Below are positions 50,494 to 60,203 of a stretch of 64,000 nucleotides of DNA, one piece after another. Position 1 is the first letter of the stretch; every line of letters begins with the position of its first letter. This DNA comes from Candidatus Helarchaeota archaeon (GTDB lineage: Archaea > Asgardarchaeota > Lokiarchaeia > Helarchaeales > RDOG01), in assembly GCA_019058315.1 (NCBI GenBank), contig JAHPZH010000002.1, forward strand, positions 1,069,910-1,133,909, written 5' to 3'. Position numbers and translations under genes: made by a program. The notes under the pieces are model-generated. The model ran no database searches. It was not told where the DNA came from and was given only the letters and a program-made list of their open reading frames with translations.

Positions 50494-50582
50494 TTATTAT
50501 CACTAAACTTAATAAAAAACTATAAACTTAAAAAATTTGAAATGGATTTTAATAAAATTTAAAACAGAAATTTAGGATTTAA

Positions 50583-50918
50583 TTAAATCAAAATTTCTTC
50601 TATTACCCAAAAATTTGTATGTGCCCCTATTTTACCTTTTTTAGCAAACATTGATGGAGCTGGCTTATTCTGATCACCAAAAATTAAGTTCTTTAATTCC
50701 CCAATTTTATTTTCTTTTTTAAGATAATCAACAAAATCTCTTAATAAATAAATATTTCTTTTGTTGGGTGCTATATCAAATCCCATAGTAGTTGTTGTGG
50801 TTATTAAACCTACAACAGAATAAATATTAGTTTTAGCATTTGGGATTCTAGAAAATTTAGCAGTTATATAACTAATTTTTAAATCCTTTGAAGGTGCTCT
50901 TTCGATTCTCATATCCAT
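50583..50918 (-). CDS. Hypothetical protein
   Basis: 111-aa ORF co-oriented in the operon; no motif recognised. Confidence 0.6.
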   Translation of the reverse strand: MDMRIERAPSKDLKISYITAKFSRIPNAKTNIYSVVGLITTTTTMGFDIAPNKRNIYLLRDFVDYLKKENKIGELKNLIFGDQNKPAPSMFAKKGKIGAHTNFWVIEEILI

Positions 50919-51031
50919 TATTTCAACTATCCTTATTAATAATTAATTTAGTCCATATCTTATTAGAAAAACATACTATAAATCAGTTAAGTTTTATAAA
51001 ATAATTTTTTAAATAATAAAATTCGATTCTC

Positions 51032-51343
51032 CTAATCGATCAAAAATCTAAGGACATTAATTATTGTGCTTATTTTCTCTATTTCGTCTGAATAATATAA
51101 TAAATTCCATAACTGTATGCTGCTAGAAATAAATACCAATACAAGATAGGGTAGAATATATCTTAATCTCATTTTTTTTTCTATATTTTCTCTTTTTTTC
51201 AGCATAATGACATAAATAACTAATATAATTGGTCCAATTAACATAAGAATAAGAGATATGAGCCTCAAAGCACTTTCTAGGGCCTCCATTTCATCTTTTA
51301 TTACTTTAAGATAAACGTATACTATTAAAACATCTATTCTCAA
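51032..51343 (-). CDS. Small membrane protein
   Basis: Two hydrophobic helices; TTG after AGGTG. Confidence 0.5.
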   Translation of the reverse strand: MRIDVLIVYVYLKVIKDEMEALESALRLISLILMLIGPIILVIYVIMLKKRENIEKKMRLRYILPYLVLVFISSSIQLWNLLYYSDEIEKISTIINVLRFLID

Positions 51344-51385
51344 TTAAATGCACCTTTCTAGTCGACATTTTTCTTTACTAATTGG

Positions 51386-52207
51386 TTATTTAGGAATAAA
51401 TTTTGGTAATTTCCAATTATAAAAATATGATAATATATAAAACATACAAATAAAAATTATAAAAAACCAACCAAAATAGATTAGATAGGGAATATCATAA
51501 GGTCCTAAAACCATTATTGGATTATTTGAATTATAACTCCAAATTGGGGAATGAGATCCAACACCATAAAATTCTATTCCCCAACCCAAGGGAGTAATAG
51601 TCAGCGCAGAAGCGGCAATTAAGATAAATTTTCCAAAACTTTTTAATTCTTTATGTTTTTTCCATTCAAAAAGAAATAAACATACTAACACGCCGTATAT
51701 CATAACAGAAAGCCAAAGAAAATATGAAAACAATGGTAAACCTATTATATCAGATATGAGCCAAGTATGGCTTGCTAATACACCATAATTATTTTGCAGC
51801 CAATTATTTATATAATATCCAACAGAAATTATTGCAAGACCCCAAGAAACAGGGAAGGTATAAATAGCACCTACCTCTATAAGCATTTTTATTTTATCTC
51901 TTCTTGTTAAAGGTAAATTGGTATTATTTACTAATTCTAAAAGACGAGTTATCGTGATAGATCCATAAAGCATGACGAAGAACCAACCAAACCATATTGG
52001 CAGTGGAAGCCCAAAAATTGGAATTAATTGTTTTATTGAATAGGAAAAAAAACCTAATTGTATAGATATTATTTCCAAAATCCATCCAATGGGTGCTGAA
52101 AGAAGAGTTGCTAAAATTATCATTCTTTTATTTCGACAAATTAAAAAAAAACCAATATCTCCAGCTACAATAGTTGTTGCAAAAATTTGAGTAATAACAT
52201 GAACCAT
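51386..52207 (-). CDS. Polytopic membrane protein, CruF/DUF422-like with internal duplication
   Basis: Repeated P.GW..E....(W/F)SY....(G/D).P...(F)GWF units. Confidence 0.55.
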   Translation of the reverse strand: MVHVITQIFATTIVAGDIGFFLICRNKRMIILATLLSAPIGWILEIISIQLGFFSYSIKQLIPIFGLPLPIWFGWFFVMLYGSITITRLLELVNNTNLPLTRRDKIKMLIEVGAIYTFPVSWGLAIISVGYYINNWLQNNYGVLASHTWLISDIIGLPLFSYFLWLSVMIYGVLVCLFLFEWKKHKELKSFGKFILIAASALTITPLGWGIEFYGVGSHSPIWSYNSNNPIMVLGPYDIPYLIYFGWFFIIFICMFYILSYFYNWKLPKFIPK

Positions 52208-52273
52208 ATTTAAACCGGAGAATGATTTTAATAATTAAAAAAAAATCTAAAATTTTTAATTAAAAAACCTAAA

Positions 52274-52543
52274 TTATCTTTTTCTTTTCTTCTTAGGTTT
52301 TGCTATTGTTTTTGTTGGTTTTTCTCTTGGTTTAGCTTTTTTTTCTGTTTCTTCAGGTTCTTCTCTAACTTTTTTTGGTTGTTTTTTCTTAAATTCAGTG
52401 AATCCGCAATGCCCACATACTATTCTATCGTACATTTCGGCCATAAATGTTCCAGGACCACATCTTGGACAAAATTTTCTAGTTCTTTTTAAGGTTTCTC
52501 CATCTTCAGAAACTTTATAATATTTTCCTACTCCTTTTGACAA
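52274..52543 (-). CDS. rps27ae: 30S ribosomal protein S27ae (eS31), not ubiquitin-fused, with a basic C-terminal extension
   Basis: [11 protein letters not shown]...DR..CG.CGFTE. Confidence 0.96.
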   Translation of the reverse strand: MSKGVGKYYKVSEDGETLKRTRKFCPRCGPGTFMAEMYDRIVCGHCGFTEFKKKQPKKVREEPEETEKKAKPREKPTKTIAKPKKKRKR

Positions 52544-52546
52544 TAT

Positions 52547-52849
52547 TTATTCCTCTTTCTTCTTTTCTGTTTTTTCTTGATTTCTCTTAATAATATGTTT
52601 TGGTTCAACAAGTTTTGCTCGTTCTTCTGATTCATAAATTCTTACAAGTCCAATAGTTTTAGGTAATCCAAATTTGGATTTCAAAGATTTAACATAAGTA
52701 TTTTCTAATGGAACATTAAGTTGCGCGGCAATTTTTTTACGTATTTCAAATCTTGTTGGAGTACTTTTTTTATCATGTTCAATTTCGAAAGATATTTCCT
52801 TTCTTTTTAATAAAACATTTTCCTTTTCTGAAAGGATGTTGATTGCCAA
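52547..52849 (-). CDS. rps24e: 30S ribosomal protein S24e
   Basis: N.LLKRKEI, TPTR.EIR, FG......RIY, EP.HI..RN. Confidence 0.96.
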   Translation of the reverse strand: MAINILSEKENVLLKRKEISFEIEHDKKSTPTRFEIRKKIAAQLNVPLENTYVKSLKSKFGLPKTIGLVRIYESEERAKLVEPKHIIKRNQEKTEKKKEE

Positions 52850-52868
52850 TATTTATCACCAATTTCTA

Positions 52869-53402
52869 CTATATTTTATTCATTTGATCAATATAACCTT
52901 GAAATTCCTTCTTTTTTTCATCATTAACCTTAATCATAACAACTCCAGAAGGTCCTGCTATGGGAGGTTGTCCATAAAACACTAATGACCCATTCGGTGC
53001 GAGCATAACCGCAGGGAGGGCTAATAAATCTTCTTCGCCCTCTACACGAATTTCAACTAATTCTTTTAATGAATAGGCTTTTTTTAAGATTTCCCAACTA
53101 TTTTTTTCAATTAAAGCTGGGCGATTTTTTAAATGTAAGACATGTATTCCAGCTTTTCCAACCTCTTCTTTTGAGGTTCGTAAAGTTTTCCCGTCTATTA
53201 CGAAAACATTTATTTCTACTTTTGCTTTCAACAAATTTCTAGAAACAATATCTCCAACGGCAACTATTAAGGGAGGTTTCAACTCTTTTATATAATTTTT
53301 AACAATTTTGATTGTTTCTTCAGGGTCTCCTTCTATTAAAATCCCTAAGGGTTTTTTTAATACTTGTCTTAAATGCTTTGTTATTTCTAAATTATATTCC
53401 AA
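52869..53402 (-). CDS. GTP-dependent dephospho-CoA kinase (DUF359)
   Basis: LK.PLG, VGDIVS, DGKT.R, GEEDLL.LP, YGQP. Confidence 0.92.
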   Translation of the reverse strand: MEYNLEITKHLRQVLKKPLGILIEGDPEETIKIVKNYIKELKPPLIVAVGDIVSRNLLKAKVEINVFVIDGKTLRTSKEEVGKAGIHVLHLKNRPALIEKNSWEILKKAYSLKELVEIRVEGEEDLLALPAVMLAPNGSLVFYGQPPIAGPSGVVMIKVNDEKKKEFQGYIDQMNKI

Positions 53403-53424
53403 GATATTTTCACTTATAAAAAAA

Positions 53425-53610
53425 TTAACGGACTTTTAAAGCATATTTACCTGGTTCACTGACATTTAATTTACTGGCTATTAGTGAATTCGTCGGATCT
53501 ATTATGACTACCACACCAACAAAGTTTTCTGATAAATTTGAAGTCTTACATTTTGGACAATGGCTACTTTCTGTTATTCTATGACAGGTTCTACAGGCTT
53601 TTTCTTTAAT
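53425..53610 (-). CDS. spt4: Transcription elongation factor Spt4 (RpoE''); ATT start; absent from the ORF track
   Basis: Translates as (I)KEKACRTCHRITESSHCPKCKTSNLSENFVGVVVIIDPTNSLIASKLNVSEPGKYALKVR. SD GAGGTG at 53618-53623; TAA immediately precedes the ATT in frame. Confidence 0.95.
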   Translation of the reverse strand: MKEKACRTCHRITESSHCPKCKTSNLSENFVGVVVIIDPTNSLIASKLNVSEPGKYALKVR

Positions 53611-53623
53611 TTAAGAGCACCTC

Positions 53624-54259
53624 TTATCTTTTTCGTTTTTTCTTTCTTTTCGATTCTTTTGCAGGTTTTTGGGTTTCCTTCTTATCTTCTTTGGTAATCC
53701 GTTCAGGTTCGATTCCTAAAATTTTATCTTGTATCCAATCGGTTTTTCCTAAATATGGTGTTCTCATGGTTAATCCTAATTTCCCAGATCTTGAGCCTCC
53801 TGTCCCTATAGAAACAGCAACAATTCGAGCTCGTACCTGATCTCCTTCCATAATCACTCTACCAGTTTCTTTTGCTAATAAAGTTCCTTTTTTAATATCA
53901 AATGAAATATAGTCGTCTGTAACTTGAGAAACATGAATTAAACCGTCCAATGGTCCAAGCCGAACAAATAATCCAAATTCTACGATTTCTACAACTTCGC
54001 CCTCAACGATCTCATACATATCAGGCTTAAATGTTAAGACTTGGAACGTTACATGATTATAAGAGGCACCATCCCCCGGTAAAAGCTTTCCAATTCCTAC
54101 ATCCACGACTTTTACAACAGCAATAATAAATCCTAAATTTGGTGTAATTTTATCCTCGTATTCAAGCTTCAATATCTCTTGAGCAACTTCTTTAAGGTCT
54201 CCACCAAATCGATTAGGCGGAATTCTGACTACATCTTTCACAGTAATTAATTTAAACAT
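53624..54259 (-). CDS. rpoE: RNA polymerase subunit E' (Rpo7)
   Basis: VRIPP..F, G.L.PGDGA, EVVE.VEFG.FV.LGP.DGLIHVSQ, GLTMR.PYLGK..W. Confidence 0.97.
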   Translation of the reverse strand: MFKLITVKDVVRIPPNRFGGDLKEVAQEILKLEYEDKITPNLGFIIAVVKVVDVGIGKLLPGDGASYNHVTFQVLTFKPDMYEIVEGEVVEIVEFGLFVRLGPLDGLIHVSQVTDDYISFDIKKGTLLAKETGRVIMEGDQVRARIVAVSIGTGGSRSGKLGLTMRTPYLGKTDWIQDKILGIEPERITKEDKKETQKPAKESKRKKKRKR

Positions 54260-54417
54260 TATATCTTTGACCTTTAATTTAAAATTTATATTTTTTTATA
54301 ATTCTCTTACTAAAGTTAAGAAATTTTTAACCTTAAATAAAAATTATACTAAAGAATTAAAGTTCCTTATTGTTTTATTATTTTAAATATTTCCAATTAG
54401 ATGAGTTTAATAGATTA

Positions 54418-54834
54418 TTAAAATGTAAATCCTTCAAGAATTAGGTATTTCTTTTGTCTTAAATAAATAATTGGAACTCCATGACTTTTTAATTTCTTTT
54501 TTAAAACTTTATCATTCGTAGCTACGATCCGATTTTTTTCTTTAGCAATTCTTAAAATGAATTCATCAATACTTTCTTTCGGTAAAGGAGAATCGTCATG
54601 AATTTCGCATTTTTCAGTTATTTTTAACGCCATCTGGATTCTTTTTTTCCATATCACAGAATCTTTTTTTGTACCTAGCTTTTTTAATTCTTCGATAATA
54701 GCTGGAAAAGTTAATAATCTATAAGTCGTTGGAATTATCCTATCAAATTCTTCAAATATATCAATTTTAAAATCAAATAGAATAAAGAAAAAGTTTGTAT
54801 CCATAATTACTCCTAAAAAGTCCAAATCTTTCAC
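54418..54834 (-). CDS. PIN-domain protein (Fcf1/Utp23-like)
   Basis: MDTNF, IIEEL, IDE.I, VATNDK.LKK.L...GVPIIYLR. Confidence 0.88.
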   Translation of the reverse strand: MKDLDFLGVIMDTNFFFILFDFKIDIFEEFDRIIPTTYRLLTFPAIIEELKKLGTKKDSVIWKKRIQMALKITEKCEIHDDSPLPKESIDEFILRIAKEKNRIVATNDKVLKKKLKSHGVPIIYLRQKKYLILEGFTF

Positions 54835-54880
54835 AATTGAAATTCTTATTTTTTAATTTCTCTAATTTAATATCTTCGTA

Positions 54881-56146
54881 TTATTCTATGATTACTCCAT
54901 ATCCAATTAGTCTCCAACGACCGCTTATTTGTCGACTTATGGCAACACGTTGACCAACTTCGGCACAAACTGGTCTTTTAAGTGCTATTTCTATAACTTT
55001 CTTTTTTATTGAAGTAACCGGACCTACCGTCATTTCAATTCCAACATTAAGCATCAGAATTTCTTTATTAGCGATTTCCTTTACTTTTATTAATTCTCTA
55101 GCTCCAACAACTCTTTCTAGTAATTTCTTTTCTAGACGTAAATTCTGCCAAGTTGGTGGTAATGTTCCCGGTTTGCCTGCTACATTGCCAATTAGACTAT
55201 CTGCTTTTGTTAAGGCAGGATCTAATTTAGTTCCAATACCAATTAATCCTCCTGCGACAGCTTCATTCAAACCGCGTATATCTCCCGCTTGAAGTGAAGT
55301 AACTTCGGTTAATATTGGTTCATATTTAGTCTTATCTTTCATGGGGTTTATAATGCCTGGCCGTATTTCAATCTCATCTCCCAGTTTCACCTTACCCCTT
55401 GCAATTGTACAACCTAAAACTCCTCCAACAAGGTCTTTTGGACTAGTTCCTGGTTTACAAATATCAAATGACCGCGCCACATAGCAAAGAAATGGTTTAT
55501 CAAGATCTCTATCAGGAGTGGGTATTTTTTCCTCAATTGCTTGAAGTAAAACATCTAAATTTGCCTTATGAATTGCTGATATGGGAATTATAGGTATGCC
55601 ATTATTTTTATTATCGATAAACTTCGCAATATCTCGATAGTTTTCCATATTTTGTTCGAAAGAACGTAATTCGATCTTATTTTGAACTGCGACAATATTT
55701 GCTACGTTAGTAATTTTTATTGTTTCATAATGTTCCCTTGTTTGAGGCATAGGACATTTTTCATTCGCAGCAATAACTAAAATGGCACCATCCATTATAA
55801 AAGCACCAGAAATCGTGGTCGCCATAAATATTTCATGACCTGGTGCATCTACAAATGAAACTCTTCGTTTTAATTCGAGTTTACTACCACATTTATTACA
55901 TTTATTCTTCGGACTTAATTCTGGAGTAGAATAGGCCTCAGGAGGTTCGCAAGTGGGACATTTTAATATATCCACATCTGCATAACCTAATTTAATTGAA
56001 ATACCTCTTTTTATTTCATCGGAATGTCTATCGGTCCATTCACCAGATAAACTCTGAACTAAAGTAGTCTTTCCATGGTCTACATGACCGATCATACCTA
56101 TATTTACTTCTGCTTGTCTAGGTTCAACTTTCTTACTCTTGGGCAT
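54881..56146 (-). CDS. eif2g: Translation initiation factor aIF2 gamma
   Basis: GHVDHGKTT, RGISIKLGYA, zinc knuckle, DAPGHE, QNKIE, RWRLIGYG. Confidence 0.97.
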   Translation of the reverse strand: MPKSKKVEPRQAEVNIGMIGHVDHGKTTLVQSLSGEWTDRHSDEIKRGISIKLGYADVDILKCPTCEPPEAYSTPELSPKNKCNKCGSKLELKRRVSFVDAPGHEIFMATTISGAFIMDGAILVIAANEKCPMPQTREHYETIKITNVANIVAVQNKIELRSFEQNMENYRDIAKFIDNKNNGIPIIPISAIHKANLDVLLQAIEEKIPTPDRDLDKPFLCYVARSFDICKPGTSPKDLVGGVLGCTIARGKVKLGDEIEIRPGIINPMKDKTKYEPILTEVTSLQAGDIRGLNEAVAGGLIGIGTKLDPALTKADSLIGNVAGKPGTLPPTWQNLRLEKKLLERVVGARELIKVKEIANKEILMLNVGIEMTVGPVTSIKKKVIEIALKRPVCAEVGQRVAISRQISGRWRLIGYGVIIE

Positions 56147-56155
56147 TTCAATCAA

Positions 56156-56581
56156 TTATTTCTTTGATTTTTCTTCTTTAACTTTTTTTTCTTCTTTAAA
56201 AATGGGTTCTTTACCCCATTTAGTAATTATAAGGTTAATTTGGGCGATATCTTCGGTTATAATATTGCCCCTTATCATTTTCTTCTTCCTAATTCCCTTT
56301 CTCTTCAATTTACTGGGTTTGAATCCAACTCCTTTAGAAACATATAGTCTTTTTCGTATACCACCATGAACATCAGCACGCATTGGAACTCCGTCTGCAT
56401 CAGAACCTCCTGAAATTTTAAATTCGTATCCTTGAAATTCAAACATGGTACCTGAAACTATCTCTCCTATTTTTAGACCGATTAAGCTTCGAATTTTTTC
56501 CTCTGCAACTTCTTTTTGAAGTGACTTTCCTAATTTTGGGTCGCTAATAACTATTTTAATACCAGCTTGAGCTTTTGACAA
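56156..56581 (-). CDS. rps6e: 30S ribosomal protein S6e
   Basis: ISDP..G, KISGGSD.DG.PM, RK..IRGN.I...I.QIN. Confidence 0.96.
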   Translation of the reverse strand: MSKAQAGIKIVISDPKLGKSLQKEVAEEKIRSLIGLKIGEIVSGTMFEFQGYEFKISGGSDADGVPMRADVHGGIRKRLYVSKGVGFKPSKLKRKGIRKKKMIRGNIITEDIAQINLIITKWGKEPIFKEEKKVKEEKSKK

Positions 56582-56778
56582 TAATTTAGCCTCTTTAATA
56601 ATTTTGAATTTACAAAATTTTTATTATAATACTAATTGGGTTTTTTAATGGTTAAAATAAATTTTTTGGAGAAAATTATAATTCTTTATAATTCTAAATT
56701 CAAAAATAAATTTAAAAGTAATTAAAACAGTTTTTAAAAATATTTTAAAATAAATTTAAGATTATTAATAGATTTAAA

Positions 56779-58566
56779 TTACATACCCCAATATGACTTT
56801 GTCTTTCTTTTAATTTTAGCCAAGTCCTCCAATAAGTCTTGTTCTTCCATAGATAATTCATCCCAAAATTTACTTTTTAAAATTTTAAAATGATGTTCTG
56901 GTAAATCTATAATCAATTCATCTTCTTCTTTAAAAGATCGTCCCGCTGTTGCACCTCTTATTGAAATTGCAACCTCTTGACCTAAATTGGCTAAATCTAG
57001 ATTCTGACCTTTATCTTGGATTTCTCTAATTAATCCAATAATTTTATTTTCGCTGGAAATTAATCTAACTTTTGGTTTGATTTTACCTACTAAAACAGCA
57101 ACTCCTACTATCGCGGGATCATTTCGACGAAATATACATCCTCTTAAAACCTTTACTTTTCCTGGATATATAACATCCTTTAATTGAAGTTTTTTTAATT
57201 CCTCTTTTGTTTTAAGATACCACTCTTTATAATCTTCAACCAATCGATAAATGATTTGGTTCTCAAATATTGGAATTTCGAGAGCTTCTGCTTCTTCTTT
57301 TGCATCTGGTAGCAGCTTTGAGTTAAAAGACAATATTACTGCTCTTAAAGGATCAGATTCTTTTACAACCGAAGCTTCAATAATGTCTCGCTTTGAAATT
57401 GCTCCAACATCAGCAATCCTGATAGGGATATCTTCTTCTTTAAAAAAATCCACTATGGCTTCTAAGGAACCTAAAGTATCTGCTTTTAAAATCACTCCTG
57501 ACTTATCAACATCAATTTTTATTTTGCTAATTTCACTTTGAATCTCTTCAATAACACTTGGAAGCTCAGATTCATCACTAACACCTCGTAAAGGAGCACC
57601 TGCCATTACCTCATCTAAATTAGGGCCAACTATCTTGACTCCTGCAGCTGCAGAAATTTGATTCACAGGATTAAATTTCTCTCTCGGATCTCTTATTTCA
57701 TCCAACGGCTTAGGAAGTAATAGCGCACGAATTCTTGTTACAATGGCATCCTCAGCACCACCCACCACTATTTTATCATCTTTTTTAATTACACCTTCAT
57801 AAATAATAGTGTCTAAGGTTATACCTAAACCAGGTTCCTCTTTAACTTCTAAAACAGTTCCTTTAGCATTCCCTTTGGAAATTTTTATTCGATCCTTTAA
57901 ATACTGTTGACTTAGACCTGCTAAGACCATTAATATTTCTGGAATTCCTTCTCCCGTCTTCGCAGAGGTTGGGACAATTGCAATGTTCTGTGTAAAATCC
58001 TCTATTCTATCAAATCTATCTGATATATATTTAAGCTCTGAAAACTCTCCTATCAACTCATAAATTTTTTCATCGACTGCTTGCTGAACAAAAGGGTCTT
58101 GAAGGCTAAAGGATTCCAAAAAAGAATTAGTATCTTGAGCTTTCCACCCAGAAATTCTATCAATTTTATTAGCAGCAACTAGAAATGGGGTTTTTCGAGC
58201 CTTAAGTATATTTAAGCTTTCACGTGTCTGGACTTGAATTCCATCCAAAATATCAATAACTAATATTGCAATATCAGCTACAGCGCCACCTCGAGTTCTT
58301 AAATTCATGAATGCCGCATGGCCTGGAGTATCAATAATAAGTAAACCAGGTATATTCAATTTTGAAATACCTAACTTTTTTAGGAGAGGACCACAAATTT
58401 CTTCTATCGTTGAAGCAGGAAAAAAACTAGCCCCGATATGTTGGGTGATTCCTCCAGCCTCGCGCCTCTGAACACTAGTACCTCTGATTTTATCTAATAT
58501 ACTAGTTTTTCCAGAATCTATATGTCCTAATACTGTTACAATAGGTTGACGAACTTCTTGTGTCAT
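56779..58566 (-). CDS. infB: Translation initiation factor aIF5B (IF-2)
   Basis: RQPIV.VLGH.DSGKT, EAGGITQHIGA, DTPGH, NKID, KADTLGSLEA. Confidence 0.97.
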   Translation of the reverse strand: MTQEVRQPIVTVLGHIDSGKTSILDKIRGTSVQRREAGGITQHIGASFFPASTIEEICGPLLKKLGISKLNIPGLLIIDTPGHAAFMNLRTRGGAVADIAILVIDILDGIQVQTRESLNILKARKTPFLVAANKIDRISGWKAQDTNSFLESFSLQDPFVQQAVDEKIYELIGEFSELKYISDRFDRIEDFTQNIAIVPTSAKTGEGIPEILMVLAGLSQQYLKDRIKISKGNAKGTVLEVKEEPGLGITLDTIIYEGVIKKDDKIVVGGAEDAIVTRIRALLLPKPLDEIRDPREKFNPVNQISAAAGVKIVGPNLDEVMAGAPLRGVSDESELPSVIEEIQSEISKIKIDVDKSGVILKADTLGSLEAIVDFFKEEDIPIRIADVGAISKRDIIEASVVKESDPLRAVILSFNSKLLPDAKEEAEALEIPIFENQIIYRLVEDYKEWYLKTKEELKKLQLKDVIYPGKVKVLRGCIFRRNDPAIVGVAVLVGKIKPKVRLISSENKIIGLIREIQDKGQNLDLANLGQEVAISIRGATAGRSFKEEDELIIDLPEHHFKILKSKFWDELSMEEQDLLEDLAKIKRKTKSYWGM

Positions 58567-58659
58567 AGTGTAAAACCTCTTTTCTGTAAAAGTAAAATAA
58601 ATTAAAAATTTTCATTAAATTAATAACAATATCAAGAATTACTAAATAAAAATCAAATT

Positions 58660-59271
58660 TTAAATTTTCAATAGATTTGAAATTATTTTTTTAACTTGTC
58701 CAAAAGTATCATCAATAGCCCGATCTGAATTGATTAAATAGATTTCAAATGGATATTTCTTGTCTATTGTCATTTGTTTGAATTTTTGGCGAACCTCCTC
58801 TAAGAGCTCGAGATTCTCCCACTTTTCAAACTTTCCTTTTTTTCTCTCCAGACCTATTTTTACTGGAACATCCAAAATAATAACTGCATCTGGAAAAATA
58901 AACGTATCAGAAGCGAGAACCATATCAAAATCTTTAACCTCAAAATAAATATTATGGAGATCAAATAGATTTCCAATTAGTATAGATGATTGGTAAGCAA
59001 ATGTAGATAAAAAACACCTTTCAGCCAGAATTATTTTATCGTCAGATAATTTTTCTAACGCTTTTTGCTGTATTAACCTATCTGCTACAAATAATAGCGT
59101 ATCTATTCTATCATCTATATCATATGTTCCGACAACCTCACGAATTTTTTCACTTGGTTCTTCTAGGTTATAAACGTCAAAATTTAAAGAGTTCAACCAT
59201 TCAGTTACTTTTGAAATCATTAAACTCTTCCCTGAACCAGCAACGCCCTCAAATACAATATATTTCTTCAT
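58660..59271 (-). CDS. tmk: Thymidylate kinase
   Basis: YIVFEG..GSGKS, EP, LFVADR, ER...S..AYQ; probable ATG at 59271. Confidence 0.88.
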   Translation of the reverse strand: MKKYIVFEGVAGSGKSLMISKVTEWLNSLNFDVYNLEEPSEKIREVVGTYDIDDRIDTLLFVADRLIQQKALEKLSDDKIILAERCFLSTFAYQSSILIGNLFDLHNIYFEVKDFDMVLASDTFIFPDAVIILDVPVKIGLERKKGKFEKWENLELLEEVRQKFKQMTIDKKYPFEIYLINSDRAIDDTFGQVKKIISNLLKI

Positions 59272-59362
59272 TATAATACTATCATCCTTTAACAAGTTAA
59301 AATATCTAATAATTCGAATAATTTCTTTTATATATAAATATAATAATTAGTAAAATCTATAA

Positions 59363-60001
59363 TTACAGAACAAATTTTGTTTTTTTCTTCTTTTTTTCTC
59401 CTTCCACTTTCTCCTCCCCTTCCTCCTCCTCCTCTTCTTCCTCTTTTCCAAACATCTCTTTCAAGACTTCTTCCTCTAACTTTTTTTCTTTCTCCACAAC
59501 TTTTTCGGGCTTTATTTCTTTTTTAACCTCACCTTCAGGTTCTCCCTCTTCTTTACTCATAATCTTTTTAATATAATCTGCATGAACTTTAATTGGAATC
59601 GGGTGAGTAGATTCGAATAATTCTAAAATAACTTCATCTTTAGTTGTATCAACTCGGGTGATTTTTGCTTTTTCACCTTTAAATGGTCCTCCAATAATCT
59701 CCACTATATCGCCCACCTCTACGCCTTCAGTAGATTTTTTAGCAATTAGGAATTCCTCTAACTCAGCTATGTTTACTTGTCCAATAAGCCGTCCTCGAAC
59801 ATGTGGTATCTTCACAAGCTCTTGATTTACAATTTGTGGTTCATGAGTTTCAACAAAAATATATCCACGAAGAGTTTCTGGTACTAAAATTGCTTTTAAT
59901 GCCTCTTTCATCCTTCCTTGCATCATGAAATCAATTACAGCTTTTTCTTGACCTATTGTTGTTTTAATAGCAAAAATTTGTGGTTTACTTCCTCCTTTCA
60001 A
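59363..60001 (-). CDS. spt5: Transcription elongation factor Spt5/NusG with an acidic then basic C-terminal tail
   Basis: TT.GQE, L.GYIFVE, KOW motif GD.VEII.GPFKGEKA; follows secE. Confidence 0.95.
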   Translation of the reverse strand: MKGGSKPQIFAIKTTIGQEKAVIDFMMQGRMKEALKAILVPETLRGYIFVETHEPQIVNQELVKIPHVRGRLIGQVNIAELEEFLIAKKSTEGVEVGDIVEIIGGPFKGEKAKITRVDTTKDEVILELFESTHPIPIKVHADYIKKIMSKEEGEPEGEVKKEIKPEKVVEKEKKLEEEVLKEMFGKEEEEEEEEGEEKVEGEKKKKKTKFVL

Positions 60002-60011
60002 TCCAAATATC

Positions 60012-60203
60012 TTAAATCACCCCCACTATAAGACCTATTATTAATTTAACGACAAAACCAACTGCACCAATGACAACAACTCCTAATCCCGTGATGCGCA
60101 ATATGAGGCGCATTTCCTTTACGGTGGGCTTTCTTGCCATTTTCATGACACGTTTTGAATTAGCCCAAAATGTTTTAACTCGAGCTTCTATATCAAACGG
60201 CAT
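60012..60203 (-). CDS. secE: Protein translocase SecE/Sec61 gamma
   Basis: RV.K.ARKPT..E, G...IG.VGF.V. Confidence 0.92.
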   Translation of the reverse strand: MPFDIEARVKTFWANSKRVMKMARKPTVKEMRLILRITGLGVVVIGAVGFVVKLIIGLIVGVI

